Source of the DNA: Octopus vulgaris
Taxonomy: Eukaryota
Direction: 5' to 3'
Assembly: GCA_951406725.2 (NCBI GenBank)
Contig: OX597818.1
Span: 79,918,001-79,982,000, forward strand
Length of the DNA stretch: 64,000 bases
In this document: positions 28,132 to 41,720 of the stretch, piece by piece
How positions within the stretch are numbered: the first letter of the stretch is position 1
Layout: each line of letters starts with the position of its first letter
The notes under the pieces: model-generated
Told to the model about the DNA's origin: nothing
Databases searched by the model: none
What the model saw: the letters and a program-made list of their open reading frames with translations, nothing else
Translations under genes and position numbers: made by a program

Positions 28132-28936
28132 GATAATTACGCACGGAGGTGTTAGATCCGGAATATAGATCTACAACAAATATTCGTAAAAACTTATTAC
28201 ATTGATTTAATTTTGCGACAGATCTATGGATTATAAATAATTTAAATGTTGCGATGCAATTTAGAAAACTCCGATTTAGAGTTTCCAACGCGGCGTATTG
28301 AACAAAGTGATTGACGCATTGCTAGCCTACACCGACGTTATTGTTCACATGCTTGGCATAAATTGTAAACTAAAGGAAAAGAGGAGGAAATAAATAGACT
28401 TAAATAGAGTGGACGTTGAGGATGTTTATGTATGAGACCACATTTTCTATAATATAGACAAAATTATAAATATGTATAAAAAAATAAGTGAAACACAGGT
28501 ATGCAATCCCAGATATCTTAAAAGAGAATGAACGAGAAAATATGGACAAAGTATCTAAATAAAAATAATGTGTGCACATATGTGGTGAGGATTGTTCTCA
28601 ACTGTTATGATAAAACAACTGCTATGCCGATGAGATCTACCGAGGCAGAAACACGTATGGACAGCTCTCCTCTTGTCGACAGACTGTGTTTCCTTTAATC
28701 GCATCTCAGATTTGGAAAAATTTTGATTCTTGATTTTTATCTTTCCTTCCCGTTTTGGTGTTGGTTCCGATTGCTACCAAGCGATTTTTGCACTATAGCA
28801 GAAAGCGAAAATAATTTCAGTAAATAAAGAATTTATCTCTTGTATGGTAATATGGTATTTAATACATCCTTATTCGTCATATGTGTGTGTGTTTGTATGT
28901 ATGTGTGCATGCGCGTATGTATATATATATATGTGA

Positions 28937-28996
<60 letters not shown>

Positions 28997-29000
28997 ATAA

Positions 29001-29033
<33 letters not shown>

Positions 29034-30988
29034 TATATATACATACACACACACATACAAACACACACATACACATACATATATACAAATAATGACTTAC
29101 AGGTTTAATTTTTTTAGCAAATAGCTTTCGCTATTTCCAAAGCTCATGTAAGACATTGAATCTGATCTGTAAGCACAGTTGAATTATTTCAAAGTATTTC
29201 TTTCTCGTTCCAACGTTTACAATGTATATGATTCATAACAGTCAAATCATGTCTGTCAATGTTATATGAAATCAAAGAATTATAGTTAGACAGTGTATTT
29301 AAATTACATTATTTCCATTAAAACAGACATAAATAAAAAAAACTGCTCTACAGTTATCTTAAAGTCGTACTGAATCGTCTTCGAATTTCTTATCTTGATT
29401 TAAGTATGCATAAGTATACATACTTATGTTTGTGAATGAGTGTATTTGCACGTGTTTATAAATTCACACTGGATAAGTACTCTCACTCGAAATCTGGAAT
29501 ATTTCTCGACAATGGCCATTTTGCAGTTTTGCTTGTAGGCATTTTAACAATTTCAAACACTTAGAATTTCTCATGTTAAATACGCAATTATCAGTATGAA
29601 ATTTGATGTTGCGTCCTTTTTTTTTTTTTTTGTTATTTATATTTTTTATTTTATTTCATTACTTTTCCCCCAATTTCTAACTCCTAGGTCTGGAACTTTA
29701 TAAAATCTCAAACAGACAGTGGATTTTTCGCTGAGGTAATCAATGTAACACAGGCATTTGCAACAATGAAATAGCACTAATTTTCTATTTTCCTTCTTTG
29801 TAATGTCAAATCGAATACACAGAATCTGAAACATGCCAAACAAAATGCTTACCAGCATTTCTTCCGGCTCATTACATTCTGAGTTTAAATGCAGTCGAGA
29901 TCAACTTAGCCTTTCATCTCTTCAGGGTCGGTAAAACAAAATACAATTTCATATAATCAACAAGCTCCATCTCTCAAAATTGTTGCCCATAATGGACTGG
30001 CGTTTCGTTCAAAGGAGTGCTTTGATTTGCATCACTTATACGCCATGGAAAACAGATACTCAGCTTTATGAGTCTTGGAGCTCCAGAAAAATTGAAAACG
30101 TTAAAATGACCGATCACGAAATTTTTAATATAAGCTGATGCAATAGCGATTTTCCGCTCGTATGTGCGTAACTGCATTCTCTGTTGAAGTGCCATCGGTA
30201 TCTAAGAAGAGGCAGTCTTATTAAGCTCACATTGGTAAAAGCCTTATGGCATTCTGGGATCCCAGAACCAGAACATGCTACAGCATCAAAAGGAAAGAGG
30301 AATGAAGCGCAAAAGATGTTCATGGTTGATAGCGAATGGAAAGTTGCCATGTATATATGTATGTATGTATGGATGTATGTATGCATGTATGTATGTATGT
30401 ATGTATGTATGTATGTATGTATGTATGTACGTGTGTATGTAGATGTGTATGATGAATGCATGTGTGTATGTATGTATGTCTGTATGTATGATGTATGTAT
30501 GAATGTATGTATGTATGTATGATGTATGTATGTATGATATGTGTATGTGTGTATGTATGTATGATGTATGTATGCATGTGTGATAAGTGAATTTATGATA
30601 CATGCATGATGTGTGCATGTATGTATGTATCTATGTACGTACGTGTGTGTGTGTGTGTGTGTGTATGTGTGTGTGTGTGTGTGTGTGTATTGTGAATTTA
30701 TGTTCCCTTTTTGATTTTGTGTAAATTAAAAAGGAAAGCGAAGGAAAGCATTTTATTTTGTTCATCATCCTTTAAACCTTAAGATCTTGCAGATTTTTAT
30801 AGTCCCTGATATCGTGTTCATTTGGAGAGTATGAATTAAGGATTATGAATTGTGATGTATGATGTATATCTGTATGTATGTATGTATGTATGTATGTATG
30901 TCTGTATGTATGTATGTGCGTATGTATCCTTAAAAACACAAATATAAATATATGCATGCGTACGTACATATATCCAATCATACATACG

Positions 30989-31020
<32 letters not shown>

Positions 31021-31169
31021 CGAGCATACATTGATACATGCATGCATAAAACATGTAAATTCGTACTTACATATACATTCATACATACATGCATACATCA
31101 TACATACATACATACATCATACATACATACATCATACATATAGACATAAATACATACACACATACATAC

Positions 31170-31930
31170 ATAAGTAGAGTATGGATTTAAGGATCCCAAT
31201 TTCAGCCATACTTTGCTCCAGACGGGATCATATGTATCCTGCTGCTCCAATCATAATGGTATAAAGCTGAAAGTGCATCTTGGATACTGGGTTTGCAAAC
31301 TCCTTATTAGTGGTCCATAGATGTTCTCTATCTCTTGTATTTTATTTCATTACTCCCCCACCCCCACCAAATTTCTAACTCTTGGGTCTGGAGCTTTATA
31401 AAATCTCAAACAGACAGGCATCTGCAACAATGGAATAGCACTAATTCTCTAGTTTCTTTCTTTGTAATGTCAAATCGAATACACAGAATCTGAGACATGC
31501 CAAACAAAATGCTTAGCAGCATTTCTTCCGGCTTATTACATTCTGAATTTAAATGCAGTCGAGATCAGCTTAGCCTTTCATCTCTTCAGGTCCGGTAAAA
31601 CAAAATACCACTGGTATCCAGAAGGCAGCTGATGTCCACAACAGAACGTATCTTCGCCTTGCGATCTCACGCAACAATGTCTGGCCGGTTCTGTTTTTAC
31701 TTGGAGGCTGTTTTAATTTTTAAGTTCCACCAATATTTCTTTGGCCCATCGGTCTCAATATAGTCAACTTCGTCTTCTGCTGTTTTCTTTGTGTGTGTAT
31801 GTACTCAATATTATCTTGGTAATAATCTCATAACCTGCATTTAAAAGCTCCTGTACTGTTATTGAATACCATATGGCTTCATACAAGGTTGTGGAACTCC
31901 ATTAGTGTATACAACCAATATAAAAATTTA
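31170..31930 (-). mobile_element. R4/Dong-type non-LTR retrotransposon RLE-domain fragment, interrupted
   Basis: Minus strand FKCRL, KKYWWNLKIKT..NRPDIVA*DRKAKIRSVVDISC, KIQEIENIYGPLIRSLQTQYP; parallels 49050-49300(+). Confidence 0.75.
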
Positions 31931-32069
31931 TAGAAAAAGAAATTGAAAAAACAGGCTTTAATTACAAATTGCAAAATTTGTTTCTGTGCCGTTGCTTGAG
32001 TTTTAAGTTGCTGAGTTGTCATTCTTATATCATTACATAAAATTTTTCTATAAATAATCATATAAATTA

Positions 32070-32486
32070 GGCGTAGGAGTGGCTGTGTGGTAAGTTGCTT
32101 GCTTACGAGCCACATGGTTCCGGGTTCAGTCCCACTGCGTGGCACCTTGGGCAAGTGTCTTCTACTGTAGCCTCGGGCCGACCAAAGCCTTGTGAGTGGA
32201 TTTGGTAGACGGAAACTGAAAGAAGCCCGTCGTATATATGTATATATATATATATATGTGCGTGTGTGTGTGTGTTTGCGTGTCTGTGTTTGTCTCCCCA
32301 ACATTGCTTGACAACCGATGCTGGTGTGTTTACGTCCCCGTAACTTGGCGGTTCGGTAAAAGGAGTCCGATAGTATAAGTACTAGGCTTACAATGAACAA
32401 GTCCTGCGGTCGAATTGCTCGACTAAAGGCGGTGCTCCAGCATGGCCGCAGTAAAATGACTGAAACAAGTAAAAGAATAAAAGAGT
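32070..32486 (+). mobile_element. SINE family A, full length
   Basis: GGCGTAGGAGTGGCTGTGTGG..GGGTTCAGTCCCACTGCGTGGCACCTTGGGCAAGT. Confidence 0.9.
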
Positions 32487-33045
32487 AAATGAATATGATT
32501 CGGCTACAGCCGTGTGCCAATACTTCATCACGTAGATTGTACGTATGGATGAATGAATGGATGGATGGATGGATGAGTGGATGGATGGATGAATGAATGA
32601 ATGTGTATATTATGTATATGTATATGTAATGTCATGTATATATGTATAATGTTTGTATGTTTGTACATATGCATATATGTTTGTATGTATGTTTGTATGT
32701 ATGTATGTGTGAACGTATAAATGTATGTACATATATATTTGAATGTCATGTATGCATGGATGTAAATACGCATATGTAAGTACGAATTTACATATGTTTT
32801 ATGTATGCATGTATCAATGTATGTTCGTATATATATATATATATGTATGTACGTATGTATGATTGGATATATGTACTTACGCATGCATATATCTATAGTT
32901 GTATGTTTTTTAAGGATGTGTCTGTGTACGTAGTTATATATTTATATAATAATACACGAATGTAATGAAAGCATATATGTATGTGTACATGTATGTACGC
33001 TTTTATGCGCATACATATATAAGCATTTACATATATATGTACGTG

Positions 33046-33126
33046 TAGGCTCCCGAGCGTTATACTAATACATCTGTTTGTTTTCTACACCACCTGTCTT
33101 CGTCTTTTGTTTTTTTCGTGAATTCT

Positions 33127-33180
<54 letters not shown>
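33046..33180 (+). mobile_element. short pLTR-like fragment abutting (TA)n
   Basis: CCCGAGCGT.ATACTAATAC resembles CCTGAGCGTCCAATAATAC downstream of the HHR at 26840; T-rich end runs into (TA)n. Confidence 0.4.
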
Positions 33181-33182
<2 letters not shown>

Positions 33183-33477
33183 TCAGGAACTATTAGACCT
33201 GACACCGTATATTAACCGGTGTTGTTCAAACGATGAATAGCCTTCGCGTAAATCACTGGTTCGTTTTGTTCTCTTACTTTATTGTCATCTTATAATCATC
33301 TCATAATAATGACCTTTATGACTCGTATTACTACCTCAGTCAATCTAAATGTATATATTTGTCACTACCTGTCATAAAGAGCCTTTTTCTATTTGCAATA
33401 TGCATTTTCGTTGATTTTTCATATTTTACCCTTACATTTCCACGTGTATTTTATATTTTCTTTTCGTAACATATTTC

Positions 33478-33535
<58 letters not shown>

Positions 33536-34139
33536 CACACACATACACACACACACACAACACGCACATATATACACTAACAGGTGATAAAAACCACTGT
33601 TTAGAAGTTTGTTGGTGATCATTAACTGTTGTGTACGACTTCTCTTCCGCCGGGTTGTTGTCATTCACTGTAGTGTACAACACACTTCCGTTGGGTAGTT
33701 AGGACTGGCTTCCGTCCGTTGACAGATATCGTTCTGTCGGTGTTTTGCAGCGTAAGGTTAAGACGTGAGTACGGTTTCTGTTCATTTCTCTGCAATACGT
33801 AGGGTTTCCCTATCGCTAACATTATATCGGTAGTAATTTTGTTTCAGCATTATTCAATGTTTATAGCTTGTAAGTGTATATATTGATTTAAACTACATGC
33901 ATATTTATTTATTCTATAATTAAGAGTAGTCTAAATAGTTCCCAAGTAATAAGCTCGTGGGCCGTTTATTTATAATGGATCGTTTAGTTTCTTTGCAGTT
34001 AAATGTTATTAAATTTTTATGTTTCAGTAATAGATGTATGTGTGTGTGTATGTATGTATGTATGTATGTATGTATGTATGTATGTATGTATGTATGTATG
34101 TATGTATGTATGTATGTATGTGTATATATATATATATCT

Positions 34140-34469
34140 TTTACCTTTTACTTATTTCAATCATTGGGGCACCGCCTTGAATGGTTTTAGTCGAGTAAAT
34201 CGACCCCAGGACTTATTTTTCAAAGCCTGGTGCTTATTCTATCGGCCTCTTTTGCCGAACCGCTAGGTTATGGGGACGTAAACACATCAACACCGGTTGT
34301 TGAGCAGTGGTGGGGGTCAAACAAAGACACAAACACTCGCACATATAGATATATACATATATATCAGCCCGAGGTTATAGTAGAAGGCATTTGCCCAAGG
34401 TGCCACGCAGTGGGACTGAACCCAGAACCATGTGGTTAGGAAGGAATCTTCTTACCACACAGCCACGCC
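34140..34469 (-). mobile_element. SINE family A (internally deleted)
   Basis: Homologous to 17000-17422. Confidence 0.8.
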
Positions 34470-35371
34470 TATATATGTAATATATAAAGAAATTCTCCAT
34501 TCTGATGGAACTGCTGTCGCTAAGGAGCTTATATTCTTTGACAACATTCTATGCCAACACCATGTCACCCGTCTTGACTAATGGCAGCCTATCTTCTGGT
34601 AGCTACCTTTGATTTCCTATACCAATTCATTCGGCAATACAAAGCCTGAAAGAGACGGGCTCCCGTTGGGAGCCTACGAAGCTTGAAGTTTCCTTCAACC
34701 GAATCCATTCGCAAGGCTTTGGATATATTTTGTTGTATTGAACTTGTTTCATAGTTATTGATTTAAGTTTGTCCTTTTCCTTGTACATTGTTCGACGACA
34801 GTGTTTACCTACAATGAACTATTCTACTAATCGTTATTAGACTTGTTTAGGGGTGTGGTATCTTTTTCATGATGTGATGTTGATTGAGAAGTAAAGTATC
34901 TAGTTGTCTATCTTTGTTGTATTCTCTGAATGTCCTTTTTGGAGTAATAAATTATCACTATTTGTTTACTCTTATGTTGCTACTTGTAATAAATAGGTGG
35001 ATTCTCAGGCAGTGTCTAGATTTGTAAGTCTGTGGACATCGACAGAGTAAATGGTACTGTTCAGGTGTGAACAACATACGTCATGCTCCATAGTGAATTT
35101 CTTATATCTTAGTCTTACTATTCTAGGTTGTCCTTTATTCTTCTAAAGTGGAAAGTGTCTGAGGATTCATAGCTTGTGGGTATCGCTTACTTTGGTATTG
35201 TTTGGTTTTCTTCATAGGCAACCTAACTAGGCTTGAACAACAATTAAATATTGATGTCTTGTGAGGTTCTGTGGAATATATACATAGATACATGTATACG
35301 TACGTATTCATAATTGCATGCATTTGTGTATATTCATAGAAAAGAAAACAAAATATGAGAAATTGCTTATA

Positions 35372-36637
35372 TTAGGTAGTCAAGAACGTTCTTGTGGAAT
35401 TTTTAATTTTTCTTTTAAATGATGTATTTTCAAATTAATTTTCGTTAAATTACTTTGACTTCATATATCATTTTAAAGCCCATTTTTCGCTCTATCTAAT
35501 CGTGTTACACTTTTTCTTTGTGAATAATTAGGCCATTTTTTCTGGAACGTTGAAAACAACATGAACAAAAAGCAAATTCGCACAATGTTATTATTCCAGT
35601 TCAAGCTAGGCCGAAAAGCAGCGGAAACAACTCGCGATATCAACGATGCATTTGGCCCAGGAAGTAATAATGAACGTGCAGCACAATGGTGGTTCAAGAA
35701 ATTTCGTAGCGGTGATGAGAATCTTGAAGCTGATAAGCGTAGTGGTCGGCCATCGGATGTTGATAACGATCAACTAAGTGCCTTATTGGAAGCCAATCCA
35801 CGCACAATTGTTCGAGAGCTTGCTTCTGAATTAGACGTAACGTATACGACAATTTCCAACCACTTGAAAGAGATTGGAAAAACAAAAATAATTGAACGAC
35901 AACCAAAAAAGAAAACGCCGTTTTGAAGTGTCGTCTTCCCTTCTTTTACGCAACAAGAACGACCCGTTTCTCAACCGGATTGTGACTTGCAATGAAAAGT
36001 GGATTCTTTACGGCAACCGGCGACGCTCAGCTCAGTAGTTGGACGCCGACGAAGTTCCACAGCACTTCCCGAAGCCAGAGTTTCACCAATAGAAGGTTAT
36101 AGTGACTGTTTGGTGGTTTGTGGCCGGTCTCATCCATCACAGCTTTTTGGATCCAGGCGAAACCATTACGGCGGAGAAGTACTGTCAGCAAATGGATGAC
36201 ATGCATAATAAACTCCGACAACAACAGCCAGCATTGGTCAATAGAAAAAGACCAATTCTTCTCCACGATAACATTCGGCCGCACGTCGCACAACTGACCC
36301 TGCAGACGTTGAACGAATTGGGCTACGAAGCTCTGCCTCATTCGCCATACTCACCAGACCTCTCACCTACCGACTACCACTTTTTCAAGCATCTCGACAA
36401 CTTCTTGCGTGAGAAATGCTTCAAAAACCAAGACGATGCCAAACACGCCTTCAACGACTCAATCGCCACCAGAACGGAGGATTTTTACGCTACTGGCGTA
36501 AATAAACTTGTTTAGTGTTGGCAAAAGTGTGTTGGTTCTGATGGTGTTTATTTCGATTAATAAAGTTTTGCATGAGCCTAGACATTTGCATCTGAATTTA
36601 AAGGTTAACAACCGCAAGAACTTTCTTGATAACCTAA
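35372..36637 (+). mobile_element. mariner (cecropia subfamily, Hsmar1-like), full length, decayed
   Basis: TIRs TTAGGTAGTCAAGAACGTTCTTGTGG / CCGCAAGAACTTTCTTGATAACCTAA with TA on both sides. Confidence 0.93.
35561..36560 (+). pseudogene. mariner transposase pseudogene
   Basis: KKQIR..FKLGRKAAETTRDIN, TCNEKW, LLHDNIRPH, YSPDLSPTDYHFFKHLDNFL, YFD*; WVPHEL linker deleted; several stops. Confidence 0.92.
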
Positions 36638-37019
36638 TAAGATGTAAGTACGTATGTATGTATGTATGTATGTATGTATGTATGTATGTATGTATGTATG
36701 TATGTATGTATGTATGTATGCATGCAGTATGAATTTGCATGGCTAAATATCTATTCATGAAGATGAATTGTAAACAGTTTCAAGGCAATTACTAAAAGCG
36801 TGCAATGAGAGACAGGTTCGTTATCTAAACTTTAAAGGAGAAAAAGGGGCCTATGAAACGAATTATGTAAGATTTAAGACCCTTCAAAATATGATGGTTA
36901 TCTAGAGTGAAACTCTTGAGGAAATAACTCTGCATTTAGTGAAGTAGTCTAAATTGTGCCATAGCTACATGTACGCACATGTTTAATGTGATGGTGGTGT
37001 TTCATAAGGTCTCGGTGAA

Positions 37020-37570
37020 TGTGGGGGTTATTATGGTAGTGCTTAGTGTGGTAGTTGATGTGTGGGAGGGACATAGTGGTTGTTGTAGGTATTGTCGCTG
37101 TGGTTAATGTGCTCATTGTTGTGATGGTTGATGTGGTGGTAGTGGTGGTAGTCATCGTCGTCGCGATGGTCATGGCGGTAGTCGTATTTATAGTAGTAGG
37201 TATTATGATGGTCGATGTGGTTGGTGTAGTGTTGATGATTGTAATGGTTGTGAAAGTTAGTATGATCGCTGTTATAGTAATGGTTGTTGCAGTGGTTCCG
37301 ATGGTTGTTGTGGTAGTAGGTGCGGTGGTGAATTTGTTAGCTGATGTTCTGATGATTAGATTGGTGATGTTTGCTGTAGTTGCGATGACGGTTGTGGTGG
37401 TGGTTGTTGTTATGGTTAGTGTGGTCTTTGCTCTTATGGTCGCAATGGTAGTTGTTATTGCAAAGGTTTGTGACTGCGGCGATGGTAGTGGTCCTGGTCG
37501 TGGTCGTGGTGGTTTAGCGGCAGCGGAGTGGTGATGGTGATGATGTTGGTACGGCCGTCACCATTGTTGT
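37020..37570. repeat. degenerate GTN/GGT/GAT trinucleotide low-complexity tract
   Basis: In-phase gtg/gta/gtt/gat triplets. Confidence 0.8.
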
Positions 37571-39742
37571 TGCAGTCGGTGCGCTTACTTTTTTCCTGTT
37601 TGGAGTGACTACAATCTCCCGTGGCCAATTAGCATTCTTTGACCAGAATCAATGCCTACCCGCCAATACCCGCCAAAAAATGGTGCCATCCATAATATTT
37701 TTACTACGAAGAGCAGAACAACAAGATGTCCACCTCACCATACATGTTCTTCTCCATGATGTTCTTCATGTCACGACAGCTTTGATATATTAACGTCTGT
37801 ACTAAAATACTTTGACAACTCACTGAAAGACAAACTAGAAATTTTTATTCTCTTGGTTTCACTTTACACGAATCGAGAATATTAGTTTCCACTATGAATT
37901 ATAAGTTTCTCGTTCTTATCGTCGTTGTTGTACTTGTTTGCATATTTATTTAGTTGTTTGTTGTTGTTTTGTGATGTAAATAGGCTAAAAAATCACTGAG
38001 AAAGTTCTAGAGTGTAGGAGTGTATATAAGGAGATGGGGGGGGGGCGGAATACTTATAAGACAAGGGGATAGTAAACCGAGGCGGTTTGCTTTGCTTTCT
38101 AGCTGTGCTGCTGCTGTTGTTACTATTGCTACTGCTGCTCATCATGATGATGATAATGGAAGGGTTCCTGAGTGTGGATGTGTGTATTGGCTGGAGATAG
38201 AGTGTGTATGTGCGTGTGTGTATGTGCGAGTATGTGTGAGAGAGAGAGACAGAGACAGAGAGAGATGATAGGTGGAGAGGTGAGGGATTACAACATTTGA
38301 CTGCATGCGATAAAACAACACGACCTCCAACCCCTACCCCTACCATCTCTTCTTCCACCGCTTCCTTAATCCGCATCCTCACCCGCCCACCCTCATTCCC
38401 TACCCCCGCCGAGACCACGACAATCATCACCGCCCCACCCATCCACCCACCCACTCCCGATTTCCTCTCACCTCACTCTTCACTTCTAGTTTGAAATAAA
38501 CGAGCTAATAAAATATGGTCTGACTCAATATACATACACACACACACACACACACACAAACACATATATATATATACAAACATATACACACCCATGCACA
38601 AGTGACACAGACATACTCACAACAACAGCAATAACAACAGTGTCAAGTACACAAACTTAAAAAGATAACATTCACTGGAATGGTAAAGTCGTCTGAATTT
38701 CGAGAAAGAATATGAAGTTATTTTACAGAAAAAGAATTCCTATGAAATACACACACTTACACACACACTTACACACTCACAAACACACACACACACACGC
38801 ACACATACATACATACATACATACATACATACATACATACATACATACATACACACATACATACATACATACACACATACATACACACGCTTACATATGC
38901 ACACACACGCACACACATATGTATACACACAAATACATCTATATATATAAACATATGCAAACACAATCATGCATAATATATATGTGTATGTACGTACGTA
39001 CTTACAAATAATGTGTGTGTATATATATATATATATGTATATATTTATGTATGTGTGTGTATATATATATATATATAAATATATATATATATACATATAT
39101 ATACATATATATATATATATATTTGCATGTATATGTTTATGTTTATGTAATTTTGTATTTATATGTTATTCTCATCGTTTTGTTTTTGTTTGTTTTTCTA
39201 TTTTGTCTTCTTTTTAAAGTTTTTTTTTTTTTTTTCTCAAGAGCATTTTAGAAACAATTGAAGCTTGCAATTCTGTTAGAAATGACACCGACTTATTAAT
39301 CTTTATTCGGTACTTTAGTACGCAACCATTTTAACTCTGCGTTTCTTTCGATTCAAACCGTAGAACCAAGTGAAAGTCTTCTACCTATAACCATCCGATC
39401 TTTTATTTAGACAAAATGTATTTGGAACTACATTTTCTGTAGCCTTCCGTTGCTGCCCCATTCAGACAAAGCATAGAGGCCACGGGGTCGAAAGCTTGTG
39501 AACATAGCTATCTGCTGACGATACGGAAAAGTTTCTAACGTTGTAATGGATTTAGAAAAGAGCTTGAAAGTTCTCTGATGAGCTCCTACACTTTCAGCGT
39601 GAAGCAAAGCATATTCGATGTTTCACCAAAAACTATATTTTCTGTGTCCTTCTGATTTCATGACAGCTAAGGTGTGATTTGAGCAAAATTAAGCTGATAT
39701 TTCTAGTAGTTCGGATTTGTTAAGTGAGTGGAAAGCCTATAC

Positions 39743-40060
39743 CGGGCAGTTTTCAACCATTTTTTTTTCTATGGAATACTTTGATTACTATTCTATTCTG
39801 ATAGAACCCATAACTATTCGATGTTTAAAAATTAATTTTATAGATCATTTTTTCAAAATCCCTATTTTGTTATTTATGCATTAACTTGTAAAGGTTGATG
39901 TAAAACGTTAGAGAAAGAAACCTAACTGTTTCTTCCAATAAATACATCAAAATCAAAACGTTTTCATGGACATGTAGCATACCACTGTGGATCCCCAATT
40001 TACTATATGGCTTCCATGGACACCGCAACACCTTATATGGACCCCGGTTGAGAACTACAG
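39743..40060. mobile_element. hAT (Charlie-like) MITE
   Basis: Ends ..CAGTTTTCAACC / GGTTGAGAACTACAG; perfect 8-bp TSD GCCTATAC at 39735-42 and 40061-68. Confidence 0.75.
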
Positions 40061-40250
40061 GCCTATACAGACAGGATTTTGAAAACGAAGAAAGGATTGG
40101 ACAAAGTGTTTCGTGGAGACGAGTTAGAGTAAAGGGAGAGCTGAGGCAGGGCTGGTAGATGGAATGACGTAGAAGGGCGAAGAGAGCCGTATTGAATTGT
40201 GAGAATATAACGTATTATTTTGATACTATGTTCTAGAGCTTATATTTTAG

Positions 40251-40427
40251 CCCTTTAGCATTCAGATTTCTGTCAAGTGTAATGGTTATCTATTCACAGG
40301 TTTTGAGATTTCGAGGATGCGATTGTGTACTTTTAGAATGATATAGTCTCTCACTGGATCTGGTGGATTTGAATATAAAACAACTATAATATGTGTGCCT
40401 GGTATGGCCAGTTTAAGTGCTAAAAGG
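40251..40427. mobile_element. piggyBac-like MITE
   Basis: TIRs CCCTTTAGCA / TGCTAAAAGG flanked by TTAG and TTAA. Confidence 0.7.
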
Positions 40428-40871
40428 TTAAACCAGAAAACTGAAACTAGTAGATAAATAGTTATGTGCTTTGAATGAGATTGATTCAAATTTCATTCTT
40501 AAATAATATAATATATTTTCCTTTTATAAGAAAATCTATAATTAAAGTGATTTTCTGCGATGGACTGGCGTCCCGTCCAGCTGGGGAACACATACCATTG
40601 AAACCGGGAAAGCGGGCCCATGAGCCTGGCTAGGCTTTAAAAGGGCGCATTTATTATTTATAGTGCTTTTACATTAGCAAAACAAAAAACTGATTGTTCA
40701 GTATTCTAGCAAGTCGACCATTTTGCTTCTACTTATGTCAAGATATCGCTATATTGTCGCCATCGAACTTCAAAATCATTGTTATATTTATGGCGTAAAT
40801 GTCATTTGAAGGTGCATGCCCAAGTGGTTAGGGTGATGCCCTCACGACTGTAAGATCGTCGTTTCGATTGC

Positions 40872-40930
40872 GAGATAAGTGAAGCTGTCAACAACTTCAA
40901 CGTTCTCACCCGGGAGACAAGCATCTGGCT
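40872..40930 (-). mobile_element. tiny RTE-like LINE fragment fused to a SINE head
   Basis: [13 protein letters not shown] peptide; SINE head at 40810-40872(+). Confidence 0.45.
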
Positions 40931-40964
40931 CCGTTATACGCGGGCGAGTGTGTGCTCGCGCGCG

Positions 40965-41009
<45 letters not shown>

Positions 41010-41077
41010 TATATATATATATATGTACATATGCATAATGTATGTAAACACTATAGACAACAATTTGATATACATGT

Positions 41078-41141
<64 letters not shown>

Positions 41142-41374
41142 ATATGTATCGTGAATGTATATGTATTAAGTATTGACCCAAAATGTTTGTTACCTTCATA
41201 ATTCTAGCTTTGCTCCGTGTTTAAGTCGAATCCCAGTTTTTACAGTTAAAACCAAGTATAAAATATTGCGAAATACTGTAGTGACAATAAGTAATTCTTT
41301 CTCATTTCGGAACAGGACCAGTTTATAATGATTGTTTCAAATTTTAACACAAGGACACAAATTTTAGGGAGAGA

Positions 41375-41720
41375 GAGTTTGACGATTAAATCAACCCAGT
41401 ACTTACTTTTAAACCTGTTATTTATTCTGTAGGTCTCCTTTGCCGAACCGATATGTTACGGGGAAGTAAGTAAACAGACTAAACCCGCTTGTCAAGCGTT
41501 GGGAGTGGAACTAGACAAACTCAAAGACACACAGACATACACGCTTTGTGTGTGTGTGTGTGTAAAATAGGCTTTCGCATTTTCCGTTTACCAAATTCAC
41601 TCACAAGGCATTGCTCGGCTCAGGGATATAGTAGATGACCCTGACTCAAGGTGCCGCCCAGCGGGACTGAACTTAAACTAGCGACTACAAGGAGAGCTTT
41701 TTAACCACGCAGACATACCT
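41375..41720 (-). mobile_element. diverged SINE family A
   Basis: TTTGCCGAACCG..TGTCAAGCG..CCAAATTCACTCACAAGGC..GGGACTGAAC. Confidence 0.7.

Noticed and set aside
34690-35200. Possible minus-strand Penelope RT remnant (KFTMEH); similar hints at 24500-25000, 54800-55340 and an R4-like hint at 56670-57330
   Set aside because: Too decayed to call without a profile search
37055-37534. 159-aa Val-rich membrane-like ORF
   Set aside because: Degenerate trinucleotide repeat with no domain and no splice support
39570-39625. CTGATGA GCT...AGC hammerhead-like start (also CTGATGA at about 52366)
   Set aside because: No correctly placed GAAA/NUH and no stem I
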